64,000 bases of DNA from Eledone cirrhosa (Eukaryota): assembly GCA_964016885.1 (NCBI GenBank), contig OZ024741.1, positions 65,038,001 through 65,102,000 on the forward strand. Reading direction: 5' to 3'. Position 1 is the stretch's first letter; every line of letters starts with the position of its first letter. A program made the translations under genes and the position numbers. This document shows, one piece after another, positions 51,612 through 63,313 of the stretch. Below the pieces are notes generated by a model. It saw only the letters and a program-made list of their open reading frames with translations, did not search any database and was not told where the DNA came from.

Positions 51612-52668
51612 ATCTACTATATAAATTGGAAGTGGTCGGACGTTGTATATGTAGGTGTAGTCGGATAAACGTCGAAATGGCTTGGTGGAATGCAGCGAAA
51701 AATTACAAAGTTATGCAGAATGACCCGAGGAGACGTTGGGTCGACTTTCAAGCTACAAGCTTCCATGGTTACGGAGAAAATCGATGAAACAGGAATTTCC
51801 CATTCAAATTGAACTGAGAGTAATCTGTGAACGCAGAAGTAAATATTTCGAGAAACGTTCCAACCGAACGAAAACAGGAAGACGATATTTTGGTTCGTGA
51901 AGACGTTCCCTGGCAATGAACGGGAAAAAAGCGAGGATAATACGTCGTTATGTGGAGCGTAAAGAACAATTTCATGCAAAGACAAGATCAAGTTTATGGT
52001 ATAAATGGAGTCATTAGACTAATATTCTATTTAAAATAACAGAATGATTTCCAGTCTCGGAGTTTAAGAATGATGTAAATAAAATTGAAAACGAAAATGA
52101 CAGGTTATTAAAATAGTAAAAGTAAATAGTGAAGATTTAGGCCAGTACATACGTATGCCCCGACGGACATACACATACATACGCACACACAAATACATAC
52201 ACCCCCCCCCCACACACACACACGCACACGCGTATGTATAAACCTTATGCATTTCTACAGTATTTTCACCAAACTTAAGACATAGGTTACTTATGTACTC
52301 CGGATGGTCATGGGCACTGTCATTTTTCCAGATATTGATTATAGGGCCTCCCGGCAGATAACCCTCTTTAACCACTTCCTTGGAGTTGACTGAAGCATTG
52401 CAGTGCAATGCAACAAAACGTCATAACTTCTGGAGTTCGCAACCGATTTTCACAAAACTTGACACATGGGCTACATTTGTCCTACAGATAAATGTGAACT
52501 CTCAGAATTAGCACATATTGGGTAGGGGACCCTGGGGGCAGGAACCCCCTTTTGAAAAAAGCCGATGATTTTGTAAAAGTATAATTTTCGAAGCAGCACT
52601 GAAGTATTGACATAAATGGTATACACAACTGCTATTTAATATCCGAGCAATGCCGAGTACCTCTGCTA
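51612..52668 (+). mobile_element. Non-autonomous Helitron-like element
   Basis: Starts A|TCTACTATATAAA and ends CCGAGCAATGCCGAGTACCTCTGCTAC|T, homologous to the 3' end of the 46535-47120 element. CpG-rich interior. Confidence 0.62.
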
Positions 52669-52692
52669 CTATATATATATATAGAGATATGT

Positions 52693-53084
52693 GAAGGCGC
52701 ATGGCTTAGTGGTTAGAGCATTGGGCTTGCAATCGAAAGGTTGTGAGTTCAATTCTCAGACCGGGTGATGTGTTGTTTCCTTGAGCAAGATACTTTATTT
52801 CCCATTGCTCCAGTTTACTCAGCTGTAGAAATGAGATGATAGGGATTGGGGTCTCTATCATTCCACTGCAAAAGTGGTCGTGGAGGTGCGACGACAAAAA
52901 AACACCCAGCCCACACTGTAAAGTGGACATGTAGGCGCCACAGAAAAAAAGCACCCAGCACTCACTGTAAATGAGGTTGGTGTTAGGAAGGGCATCCAGC
53001 TGTAGAAATCAAGCCAGAATCAGTTCCCGTCCCACCCTTGCAAGCAGGGAAAAGCGGACATAAAATGATGATGATGATGATGAT
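52693..53084 (+). mobile_element. SINE family A, full-length copy
   Basis: A/B boxes, core, RTE-type tail and (ATG)n end. Confidence 0.92.
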
Positions 53085-53603
53085 ATATATATATATAATG
53101 TGTGTGTGCATGTGTATAAGTCAATGTCATTCCTTCATACATGTGACTAAATTCTACCAATTTTCTCGAAATAGGAAGGAATTGATCTTTATTTCCAAGT
53201 GATAGACAATAACAGTAACAACTAGAACATCAGAGAAAATACAGAGTCTACTGAAATGTTACTACTGCTTGTGATGTCAATGTGTAAAAAGATTGATCAG
53301 AGAAAACACAAACAAAAGTATCTCTCAAGATTATCTTACAAGTGCTCTTGAAATAGATAGTTAACAATTGAGAAGGATTGTGCTATAACACACAGATGGG
53401 CTCATTGTTGAATGTTGAATGGTTAGAGCCATGTAATACAATTTGTTGCTATGAAATTGTGGCCTAATGGAGAATATATCCAGCTACTAATTTGATCTTT
53501 AGGGTTTCAAATTTAACCCTTTCATTACCATATTTCTAATGGAATACATTGTTTGTTTCAATTAATTTTGAAAATAAAAAAAAAATAAAAAAAAACTCCA
53601 GGT

Positions 53604-53870
53604 AGAGCCACTACTTCTCTGAATTGAGGGATCACAGCTCCAACTCTATGGGCATGTAGTTAGAATGTCTCAGGAAAGAATCGCTGGACAGATATTACGT
53701 GCAAAACCAAGCAAAAAGCACAGGAGTAGACCACAAGCAAGATGGTTGGATAACATCCATGAGCTTGGCTAGTTTTGCAGTTGGAGATGGTTGCTTCTGA
53801 CAGGACACTGCTGGTAGGAGTGTTTGGTCGGGCCCCCATGGCTCTTTCAGGAATAAGTGGGCAAAGAAGA
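53604..53870 (+). pseudogene. Degenerate RTE-like LINE 3' fragment
   Basis: Reads EPLLL*IEGSQLQLYGHVVRMSQER...GVDHKQDGW. Confidence 0.65.
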
Positions 53871-56064
53871 AGATAAAAAATTTGGTGGAATTCAATAAAA
53901 TAACTTTTTAATTAGTAAACTGATACATAACATAAATGAACATTACATAACAAAAATTTCTAAAATAAAATTATGATTGAAGGTTTTAATATAAGGATAA
54001 ACGTTTTAAAATAAGTAAGTTTGTATCATAAATCTAATGTGGTTTCAGGTGAGTTTGTATCAGAATGATTAAAAAGCTGACAAAAATACTAACATGCTGC
54101 TTTTAATGGTTTAATCAGCCATGGCCAAATGGTTATGAAATCTGCTTCACATTCATGGAGTTCTGAGTTCAATCCTACTGTGTGGCATTGCAAGCAAATA
54201 TTTTCCCAGGGCATTGGATTGAGTAGAATTGGGTTGACAGAAACTGTTTAGAAGCCTGTCATATAGACTCTACTAGCATTTCAAATGGTCAATTTGAAAT
54301 TATTTCACTGCAAATTTTCACAAAGATTTGTTCCCTAGTAAAGATACTGTGAACATTTGAATTAATAAACCTCTTTTTTTTTTATTTTTTAGATATTTTC
54401 TGCTAAATCATTATAGGATATTAATAGTTAATAAATGCAGGCAAGGTTGCATATGGCTGCTAGTTTAATATATGTATGTTACAAACCTATTAATTTGTAA
54501 ACTTACAGAACCAATTGTTAACTTCTCAATACAGATGCACCAATACAAGTTCTTCTGCACTTACATTTCACTCTTGCTACTAAAAACATAGAAGCTCCTT
54601 CTTTGGCTAAAAGGTCCCTTATCCTTAACATAGAAGCTCTTACATTAGCACAAATAATGACCCCCCCCCCCCTCCTTGTAATAGATGCTCTAGCTACCTA
54701 CATGGAATGGACACTGCCACCTTTGCCTTAGTTACCAAATGCATACAAACACCTAACTAATTTATTTACATATTCCTCTCTCTTCTCCCTTCCTTCCTCC
54801 CCCTATCTCTCTTTCTCTCTTTTGCTATGCCCCTGTCTTTGTTTCTATCACATTTTTTTTTTCTATTTCATCAAGTGGCCAATATCTTTCTTAATATGAC
54901 AGCTTTCCTTTACAACAAAACAACAAAGAACACCAGTATAGCATACAATATAGTATATGCCCTTCGCCACCTTCACTACACTCCTTCTATTATAACAAAA
55001 ACAACAACAAAAAGAAAACTAAAATATCATCAGATAACTAGATTCCAGATGAATCTCCTAGACATCATACAGCAATGGATCGATATTGGAAATATTGGAG
55101 AAATTATCTGCTTTTCTCATCTTGTTTCTCTTTAACAGAGAAATTTAAATTAGTAGAAAAAGAAAAGAAGAAAAATTACGAGATTGAATATTTAGCTGTG
55201 ATTTTATGTTTTTGTTAATTTTTTCTCCTTCTTTCTCATTGATCTAGAGGCTATAATATTGAACTGTTGATCAATCAGGTACTGCAAAACCCATGTTTTT
55301 AGTGTGTCTAATGATAAGTTTGTAGTGGTTGTGGAGATGATGGTAATAGTGGTGGTGGTCCTGATGATAACAGGTATATTATGACTGCAGTAGTCAGTAG
55401 TTGTAACAGTTGTGTTAATGGTGAAGGTGATAGTGTTAATGATAACAGTGGTAGTGGTGGTGTTGGTAGTGTTAATGATGATGGTAGTGGTGGTTGAGTA
55501 ACAACTGAGGAAGTTGTAACAGAGATGATGGTGGCAGTGGGTTGTATTGATGACGATGATGGTGATACTGACAAATTCAAACCCATGCAAGAGTGTATGT
55601 GTGTATGTGTGTGTATATATATATATATAATCAACCCTTGATAGCAGAAAAAACTGATGTCAAATGACAATTAAATATCTATATATATATCATGCAAGCA
55701 ATATATATATATAAGAGTATGTTTTGCTTTTTGCTAAGGCTACTACAACACATATTAACTAAAATATAATTGAATAAAATCAAAGATATAAACCCCTTGA
55801 GATGGAGAAAGATGAACAGAATCGCCTATGGGAATTGAATCCTGCAACTGCCATATGTTGGAAGGCTGTATTACCACTAACATTGCTCTCTGGTATACTG
55901 CAGTAACATTTGATTCCCACAGGCAATTCTGTTCCCATTTTATTTGTCTCCAGGGTCTATATCCTTCGTTGTTCAGCTATATTATAGTTAATATACATTG
56001 TAGTTGCCCTGACAAAAAGCAAAGTATACACTTAAATTTCAATTTTACCACATACTCCAGCATA

Positions 56065-56540
56065 GCAGCAGCACTAGAGAGGTTGTTGTGTCTTTCACAA
56101 CAGAAGAATCCTTTCAATATTTGGACGTTTTCTATGGCTAGATACCCTTCCTATCATCAACCACTTTACAGATTGAACTGACTGTTTTATTGAGCACCAA
56201 TACTAGAGAAGTTGTCAAGCCCTTGTCACAACTGAAGAGTCCTTTCGATCCTTTGCTTGGAAAGTTTTCTATTGCTGGGTGACCTTCCTATCACCAACCA
56301 ATTTACAGAGTGTACTGGATGCATTTTATAGTGGCACCAATACTAGAGAAGTTGTCATGCTCTTGACACAACTGTAGAATCCTGTCGAATCTTTTTTGAC
56401 ATGGTTTCTATGGCTGGATACCCTTCCAGTCACCAACCACTTTATAGAGTGCATTTTATTGTGGCACCAACACTAGAGAGGTTGTCATTCTCTTGACATA
56501 AATGAAAGGTCATCTCAACACTTTTTTTTTGGCATGGTGT
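56065..56540. repeat. ~130-140-bp tandem repeat (4 copies) of SINE/RTE-tail sequence
   Basis: ACTAGAGA(A/G)GTTGT at ~56073, 56202, 56342 and 56472, interleaved with ATGGCTGGATACCCTTCC...CCAACCACTTTACAG. Confidence 0.8.
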
Positions 56541-57014
56541 CTAACAGAGTTTAAAAAAATCAAGATTTAATTTTTTTAATTTTTTTTTTTTTTTTTATTC
56601 CAGCTGAAATATTAAGGAGAAATTGCAATTGAAAGGTGTCAATTGTCTTGACTAACTAACTCATTATTGAGTAAAGAAATATAAGTTTCTCAGTGGCCAC
56701 CAATAAAGATCTATTACTTGAGAGGATAATGGGAAATGAGATTGTGTGACATTCATGCCTGTTGGTGACAAGATTTATTACGCCTTGTCTCTCTCTCTCT
56801 CTCTCGCTGTGCTCTGCCTGGGCTCATCCTCTTTCCTAAGTAGTTAACTATAATTAGAAAGTTGATAAACAATAGTTTTAAAATAGCTACACTCCTTCCT
56901 AAAGTAGCAAATTTAGGTGAAGTGTGTGTGTATGTATGTATACGCACACACATATACCTTGCTAGCAAGGGAAAACAACAATTAATAGTGATGATATATA
57001 TAAATATGTATCCA

Positions 57015-57059
<45 letters not shown>

Positions 57060-57084
57060 CTATATATCCATGTGATTGAGGACC

Positions 57085-57475
57085 ATCAAAAACATCAAAT
57101 AGGACCACCATGTTTGCAACAAAGTGTTGCGTGCTTGCACGCATCAGCCCACAGCTTCCTGCCTCATAGCTATCAACCACATGCGCTGGTATGGAGATGT
57201 CCTCCACTTTCCACCAGATCATCCTACCAGGGCTTTACTCTCATTCGACGCAGTGGCTGCAGGCTGGAAGAGGCCCCTTGGCAGGCCCCACACCAGATGG
57301 CTGGGTATCATCAGGGAAGATCTCTGGAGGCTTGACATCACCTTAAAGGATGCAGAGGAACTGATACGAGACTGCCAGCGATGGAGGGCATTGGTGGACC
57401 TGGTCGGCTCTACGCACAACAATTGAGATCGCTGGCTTAGGATGACCCTGGACTCATTGAGCAAGAGCAAGAAAA
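57085..57475 (+). pseudogene. RTE-like LINE 3' fragment (different family)
   Basis: ORF 57124-57426 reads MRWYGDVLHFPPDHPTRALL...GWKRPLGRPHTRWLGIIREDL...DCQRWRALV, followed by a (GCAAGA)n tail. Confidence 0.85.
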
Positions 57476-57814
57476 CGATGTTGGTGGATGTAAGAATGAG
57501 TACTCAACAACTTGAGTTTGTCTGCTGATCCTGTGAGTACACAGGTGAAACCCCAACGTAACAACACTAATCACTTAGCCATACTAATGAATACATATAT
57601 ATGTAGTATGTAAATAAGAATCAGTGAACAAAATATGTATATGATGCTAAATTGATCCTTCATTCCTGTTTACTGGTTATCAACACTCTGCTTGTTACAG
57701 ATACCAAAACCAATGAAGATACAAACAGCAAATCCTACATAGATAACTGGATCAAAGCAACAGCATTAACTGCTCAGACTGGTGAAACAGCAGTAACCGA
57801 ACGTTACACACAAA

Positions 57815-57942
57815 TCAAAGATATGAAATGATTTATTCTTTCATTTCTGTGCACATTTCAATACAGCTGAAATATGTGATATTTTAGTTGTATTGGAACA
57901 TGCATAGAAATGAAAAGATAAATAATAATTTCATATCCTTGA
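57815..57942. repeat. Imperfect ~62-bp-arm hairpin with 3-nt loop
   Basis: TCAAAGATATGAAAT...TTCAATACAGCTGAAATAT-gtg-ATATTTTAGTTGTATTGGA...ATTTCATATCCTTGA. Confidence 0.85.
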
Positions 57943-57973
57943 CTTTTTCATAATTTTGAATATATTTATATAT

Positions 57974-58094
57974 TCAGATCTCAGAAGCTCACAGGGGAGA
58001 TGACGAAGGACCGTGACAAATGGAGAGATGCTGCGCTGAATAGGACCCGTCCCAGCCTTGCAAGCAGGGAAAAGCGGACGTAAAATGATGATGA
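57974..58094 (+). mobile_element. Extreme 3' end of an RTE LINE whose tail matches SINE family A
   Basis: Reads KLTGEMTKDRDKWRDAALNRTRP, then CCTTGCAAGCAGGGAAAAGCGGACGTAAAATGATGATGA. Confidence 0.8.
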
Positions 58095-58131
58095 ATATAT
58101 ATATATATAATAAGAGAGATGGTTTTATTCG

Positions 58132-58225
58132 TACATCTTTATATTATTTGTTATACATATTTCGAAGATGTAAGGTAGTTATATAATAACCACCTTACAT
58201 GTTCTCTTCAGACAAACAAGATGTA
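58132..58225 (-). ncRNA. Minimal type-I hammerhead ribozyme, best-formed copy
   Basis: TACATCTT-GTTTGT-CTGAAGA-GAAC-ATGTAAGGTGGTTAT-TAT-ATAACTACCTTACAT-CTTC-GAAA-T-ATGT-A-TA-ACAAAT-AATATA-AAGATGTA, then AATAAA. G10.1-C11.1 pair present. Lies in a ~170-bp insert between (TA)n tracts. Confidence 0.88.
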
Positions 58226-58276
58226 AATTTCCATTGATGTGCTGCTAGACTGATGTGTTATTAACCTCGCCAACCA

Positions 58277-58349
<73 letters not shown>

Positions 58350-59158
58350 CAGATATACATATGTCTTAGTCTTAGGTTCTTCCATGCCATAAAGCTTAAA
58401 ATAAGATGGTCATCAATGAACATTTTTTTTTTTACCATTTCTATATATAGTCTTGTTCATATTTTCAACAATTTTCATGGGGAAAAAGGCTGGTTCCACT
58501 GCACTATTTGCATCATAGTAAATTTATCATTCGAACCCTCCTCGTTTCCTCCTTATCTTGGTGCTCTGAGTAAGAGCTTACTTTGCTTAGTAGTTAATTC
58601 AGGCCTGCACAAGGGGAACTGGTTAACCCCTCCCACTTCCAGCCTGAAGTCTTTTGTCTTCAGATAATGCAGGTCCCCATGTACAGATGTATTCCCTCCC
58701 TAAACCTATCAAGTAGTTAGTCTGAAATGATGTGTGACCTACATTTTCAACAGCACCAAATATCCTATACCTGTATCACAAGACTATTGTTTACTCATAA
58801 CCATTTGTATGTGTATGAGTATATGTGTGTGTGTATGAGTATATATGTGTGTGTATGAGTATATGTGTGTGTGTACCTGTGTAGCGCAGTTTGTATGTGT
58901 ATAGGTGTGTCTATGTACCTGCATATGTATGTGTACTTGCATTACCTGTGTATGTGTGTATGTATGTATATCTGAATGTGTATGTATATCTACATGTGTA
59001 TGTATATCTGCATGTGTATGTATATCTGAATATGTATGTGTATCATAGTGTGTCCCAAAAAAATGTATACACACTTCAACAGCATTCTAATAAATATTGC
59101 TTGTACACGTAATCAAAGTGTGTATATATTTTTGTGGGACACCATGTATATATGTATA

Positions 59159-59420
59159 GGCCGAAACAAATGAGATCGTGTAGGTGTCACGACAAAAAAA
59201 CACACAGTCCACGCTGTAATGTGGCCGTGTAGGTAACACGGTAAAAACCTCCCAGCCCCACACTGTAAATGTGGTTGGTGTTAGGAAGGGCATCCAGCTG
59301 TAGAAAACCCGCCAGACAGTCCTATGCTAGCAAGACAACCACTCTTGCCTCAAGTGGGAAAACTCCCGTCCAAACCCATGCAAGCGTGGAACATGCACGT
59401 TAAACGATGATGATGATGAT
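59159..59420 (+). mobile_element. 3' UTR-only copy of the 42330-46332 RTE family
   Basis: Near-identical reverse complement of 42330-42587. Confidence 0.9.
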
Positions 59421-59539
59421 GTGTGTGTGTATTCTCTCTACTTCGTCCTCAGCATGGTACTAATAGACTTTGTGTTTTTTTGTATTTCTGTGTTTGTATT
59501 GTCATTTCTTAAACTATATATATGTATATATATATATAT

Positions 59540-59879
59540 TAGAAAGTGAGGTTTTTTTACAAAATGAAAGAAAAACGGTGTCCTACACGAGTGAAAGTAT
59601 AAGGAAATAAGATGAAATCAAAAATGCAACTGGAGTCTTTTTAAAAAATATATATATATTTATTTGGTTCCTTTACCGGTTTCGCAGTTCTTGTACTTTT
59701 CAAAAGTAGAATTGAGATGGAGGGTTTGTGGTTTTTGTGAGAAAAACCACATACCCTCCATCTCAATTCTACTTTTGAAAAGCACAAGAACTGCGAAACC
59801 GGTAAAGGAACCAAATAAATATATATTTAAAAAAAAAAAGACTCCAGTTGCATTTTCGATTTCATCTTTTTTCCTTATA
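59540..59879 (-). mobile_element. Fold-back Penelope-like fragment with half hammerhead
   Basis: ~139-bp arms 59598-59736/59742-59879 with a 5-bp loop. GAAA-CCGG-TA followed by AATAAA in each arm; no CUGANGA. Flanked by (TA)n. Confidence 0.72.
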
Positions 59880-59885
59880 TATATA

Positions 59886-59930
<45 letters not shown>

Positions 59931-60396
59931 ACATGTACATATGCCCTCATGGTGTGCGCTGTTTACTTAAATGGGAGTGGTATTTGTGACCATCTAAGCG
60001 CGGTTGTAAGGTGTGTTTGTGGTGTTTGTTTACACAGATGCTGCAAGAGTATACATGTTTCTGTGTAACAATGCATAAACATATGACTATATGTAAATGT
60101 GGCTTGCTATATGTGAATATATTGCACACACACACGTGTGTGTCTGTGTATAGATCTAACATGGTTGAGTGGGTAAAATGTTTGCTTTGCAACCATAAGG
60201 TTCTAGGTTTGATCCCAGTGTGTGACATCTTGGGCAGGTGTTTCTTTTACTATAAATATTTAAGTCAACCCAAACCTTGTAAAGAAGAAATAGTGAAGAA
60301 ATAGCTTGTTAGATGGATAATAACTGTATTCAGTAGTTCAGTCTTCTTACATAAGGCAGAGTAGACATGTCTGGAATACTCAAACACTTCTTAATT

Positions 60397-60853
60397 CAAG
60401 TGTCTCAAACTCAAGAAATCAGAAGGGCCATTACATTGAGGGGGAGAGACACAGCAGGTCAAAAGTGAGATGAAGGAGGGAGGAATGAGTTCCACCAGTT
60501 ATAAAGCTAATCTGCAATACAGTTGATAGGCTTCTCCCCCCACCCTCACCCCATCAAAACCAATACTATGATAGTAAGTGGGATAGTTGAATTAGTACAA
60601 AATGTAGAGGGACAAAGTTTTGTTAATTCTATTTTGACTTTTGGTAAATTCTGTTTTTTTCTGTTTTCCTTTCTGATACTCCCCCCCCCCCCCCCCTCCA
60701 CACACATTTTATTGTATTCCATGGATAAATTCTACCATAAATATTCTCAAAACATGGACAAATTACCAAGTTTTAGTAAAATATTATTCACGAAAATTGT
60801 TCTGCTGCGGGCCATAGAATATTAGTTTGCAGGTTTTATATTTGAGACCCCAG
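60397..60853. mobile_element. hAT MITE with secondary insertions
   Basis: Termini CAAGTGTCTCAAA / TTTGAGACCCCAG with a perfect 8-bp TSD TCTTAATT. Confidence 0.75.
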
Positions 60854-61153
60854 TCTTAATTTAAAAGGTAAGTAGTTCAGTTAATTGAACAACTTGATGC
60901 TGTTTGTTGAAAACAACAGAGGATTCATGTGTTTATAATGAACACTAAATGTGTGTGAATATGTGCAGCAGCATGTTCATGTACAACAATATGCATTAAG
61001 ACCATATCTTCCTTGCTTTTTTTAAAAAACATGGTGGGTATGAGTTTCGTGGAGTGAAGGTAGTATGACAAAGTTATCCACTTTTCCCTATTTGATTTAT
61101 CCTCCTCTACCTTACAAACCTCCTATCTTTCATTTCCTCTTTCATCAGTTTAG

Positions 61154-61193
<40 letters not shown>

Positions 61194-61357
61194 TGAATGT
61201 GAACAGATTCTAACAGGTGTGGGATTTGTGTAAAGGATTGGGTGTCTAATGTATGTGTGTGTTGTATAAAAGAGTATGAATCTATATGTAAGAGACACGT
61301 GTCTGAAGAGTGTATGCATCTGTGCATCTGTCAGTATGTATGTGTATACACAGGTAG

Positions 61358-61399
<42 letters not shown>

Positions 61400-61699
61400 A
61401 CATTAAGCCAATCATCTGTGAAATGTTTGTAACTGGTTTTAATCAATAAAAACATCCATGTGAAACTTCTGTCAATTCACTTCCTATTGTCTTTAAAACA
61501 ATGTAAGATATGCATTAGAGAATGTAGTCATAGATTACACTGATTTTGAATAAAAAATGAGGGAGGGGAAGCTTGGACAGCCTTTGATTATATAATTGAT
61601 ATAAGAGCTGTCAACCCACATTTGATTATATAAATGATATAGATGTCAACCAAGCTGTATGGTCCTATTTGTCATCTAGCTGTATGCTATCTGTCATTA

Positions 61700-62990
61700 T
61701 CCCAGATTGATGAAAGACAACAGTTTAACCTGGAAATTAATAATATAGCAACTATGAACAGAGCTGAATGCTGCCCACCACCACTACCACCACCATATGT
61801 CATCGACCCTCAGATAGGTGAAAAGTAAGTTTAATGTGGAAATAAATATAATATAGCAACTGTCAACTAAAGTAAATAGCTCCCTCCTACACCTCTCTCC
61901 CCCGTGTCAACGACCCCCAAATGGATGAAAGGTAAAGTTAAATCTGGAAATAAATAAACAAACAAATAATATAACACCTGTCAACAGAGTTATATGGACC
62001 TGTCTCATCTGAAGTTTAACCTAGAAACCCTAACCCTAATCCTGTGTCATCAACCCCTCTTTAACCTAGAAATTAATAAATATAGCAACTGCAACTGTCA
62101 ACAGTGCTGTACATACCCACCCCTACCTCATATCATTGAGCCCCCCTCCCCCCACCAGATGGCTGAAAGTTTAAAGTTAAATCTGGGGATAAATACCAAT
62201 ATAACAAGCAACAACTGCAACCTGGTGCAATCTGCGACTAACACAGGCTCTGCTCCACGTCGGGCTGAGGAAGGTAAACTCTCTAACAGGTTTGTGGAGA
62301 CTTCTGGTGTCCTTGGCCCTAGGGCCACCTCCCTACTCCTCGCCATCGGAACAGAGTTGGCTACCCACAGGTGTGAGCCTTGGGAACTGGAATGGCTCTT
62401 CCAGCACATCTCCCTCACCACCCTCTGAGGAAATGCCTTCTCTATTCTGTCCACCAGGGCTGCGGGACAGCCAGCATGTGGACCCCATTTGCTCATTATA
62501 GTGAGAGTTGGGAAGAGCAGGAGAGACAGCGGCAGTGACAATGGAAGTTTGGTTCCTTTGCGTTTGGACCTGGTGTATACGAATGAATGAATGACACAAA
62601 TAATTATCTCTATAAACTGTCAACAGAGGAGGGTGGGAGGGGCATGACACCCCCCACCCCGAGTCATCTGTGGATGCAAGGTAAAGAAAGTTTAAACCTG
62701 GAAATTAATTATACAGCAACTGTCAATAAAGATATATGTCCGCCACACACAGTCAAGTGAATCATTGGCACCAGATGGATGATAAGTAAATAACTGTAAC
62801 CTGGAAATACTAATAATATAGCAGCTATTGACCCAAGCTATTTGGCCCTGTATCATCAACTGCCCTCCCCACACAGATGGATGAAAGGTAAAAAGCTTAA
62901 CCAAGAAATAAATAACATAACAATCAACAGAGATACCGGTGTGTGTGTCATTGACCCCAGATGGATAACAGGTAAAGTTAATTCCAGTAT
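61700..62990. repeat. Degenerate ~100-110-bp tandem array built on the SINE-B core
   Basis: Recurrent GACCCC.AGATGGATGAAAGGTAAAGTTTAACCTGGAAATTAATAATATAGCAACTGTCAAC. Confidence 0.75.
62219..62450 (+). pseudogene. CRE-like (restriction-like endonuclease) LINE C-terminal fragment
   Basis: NLVQSATNTGSAPRRAEEGKLSNRFVETSGVLGPRATSLLLAIGTELATHRCEPWELEWLFQHISLTTL*GNAFSIL fits G.AA..AE..K...VET.G..G..A...IG......E...LFQR.S....RGNA. Confidence 0.75.
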
Positions 62991-63128
62991 TTAAAATCAG
63001 AACTAAAGTGACATAACGAGAGGTTACACAAGACATTATTTATACACAAGACTCCATTTATTGTATGTAGATTACCATTTTGGTTCACTACTAATTCATT
63101 CTACCAATCCCTAAGCCTTGCTATAGAT

Positions 63129-63313
63129 CAGGGTTTCCCAAACTTTCTCAAACATGGAACCCTTTTTGGTTCAGAAACTTTTGGAGGAAGCCCAAAGTCT
63201 AATACTGTTATATGGTCGTAATATAAATATACTCCCCTACTTTTTTCATGGAACCCGAGACACTCCTTTGTGGAACTCTCAGGTTCCGCAGACCCCATTT
63301 TGGGGAACCACTG
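63129..63313. mobile_element. hAT (Charlie-like) MITE
   Basis: CAGGGTTTCCCAAA / TTGGGGAACCACTG with a perfect 8-bp TSD CTATAGAT. Confidence 0.88.

Noticed and set aside
55204-55670. Thr-rich mucin-like ORF
   Set aside because: It is a degenerate (GGT/GAT)n trinucleotide tract with no supportable splice sites or domain.
57700-57810. ATGAAGA...GAAACAGCAGTA as a decayed hammerhead
   Set aside because: The core is incomplete and stem I is unconvincing.
62026-62039. Telomeric (CCCTAA)n
   Set aside because: Only about two units.
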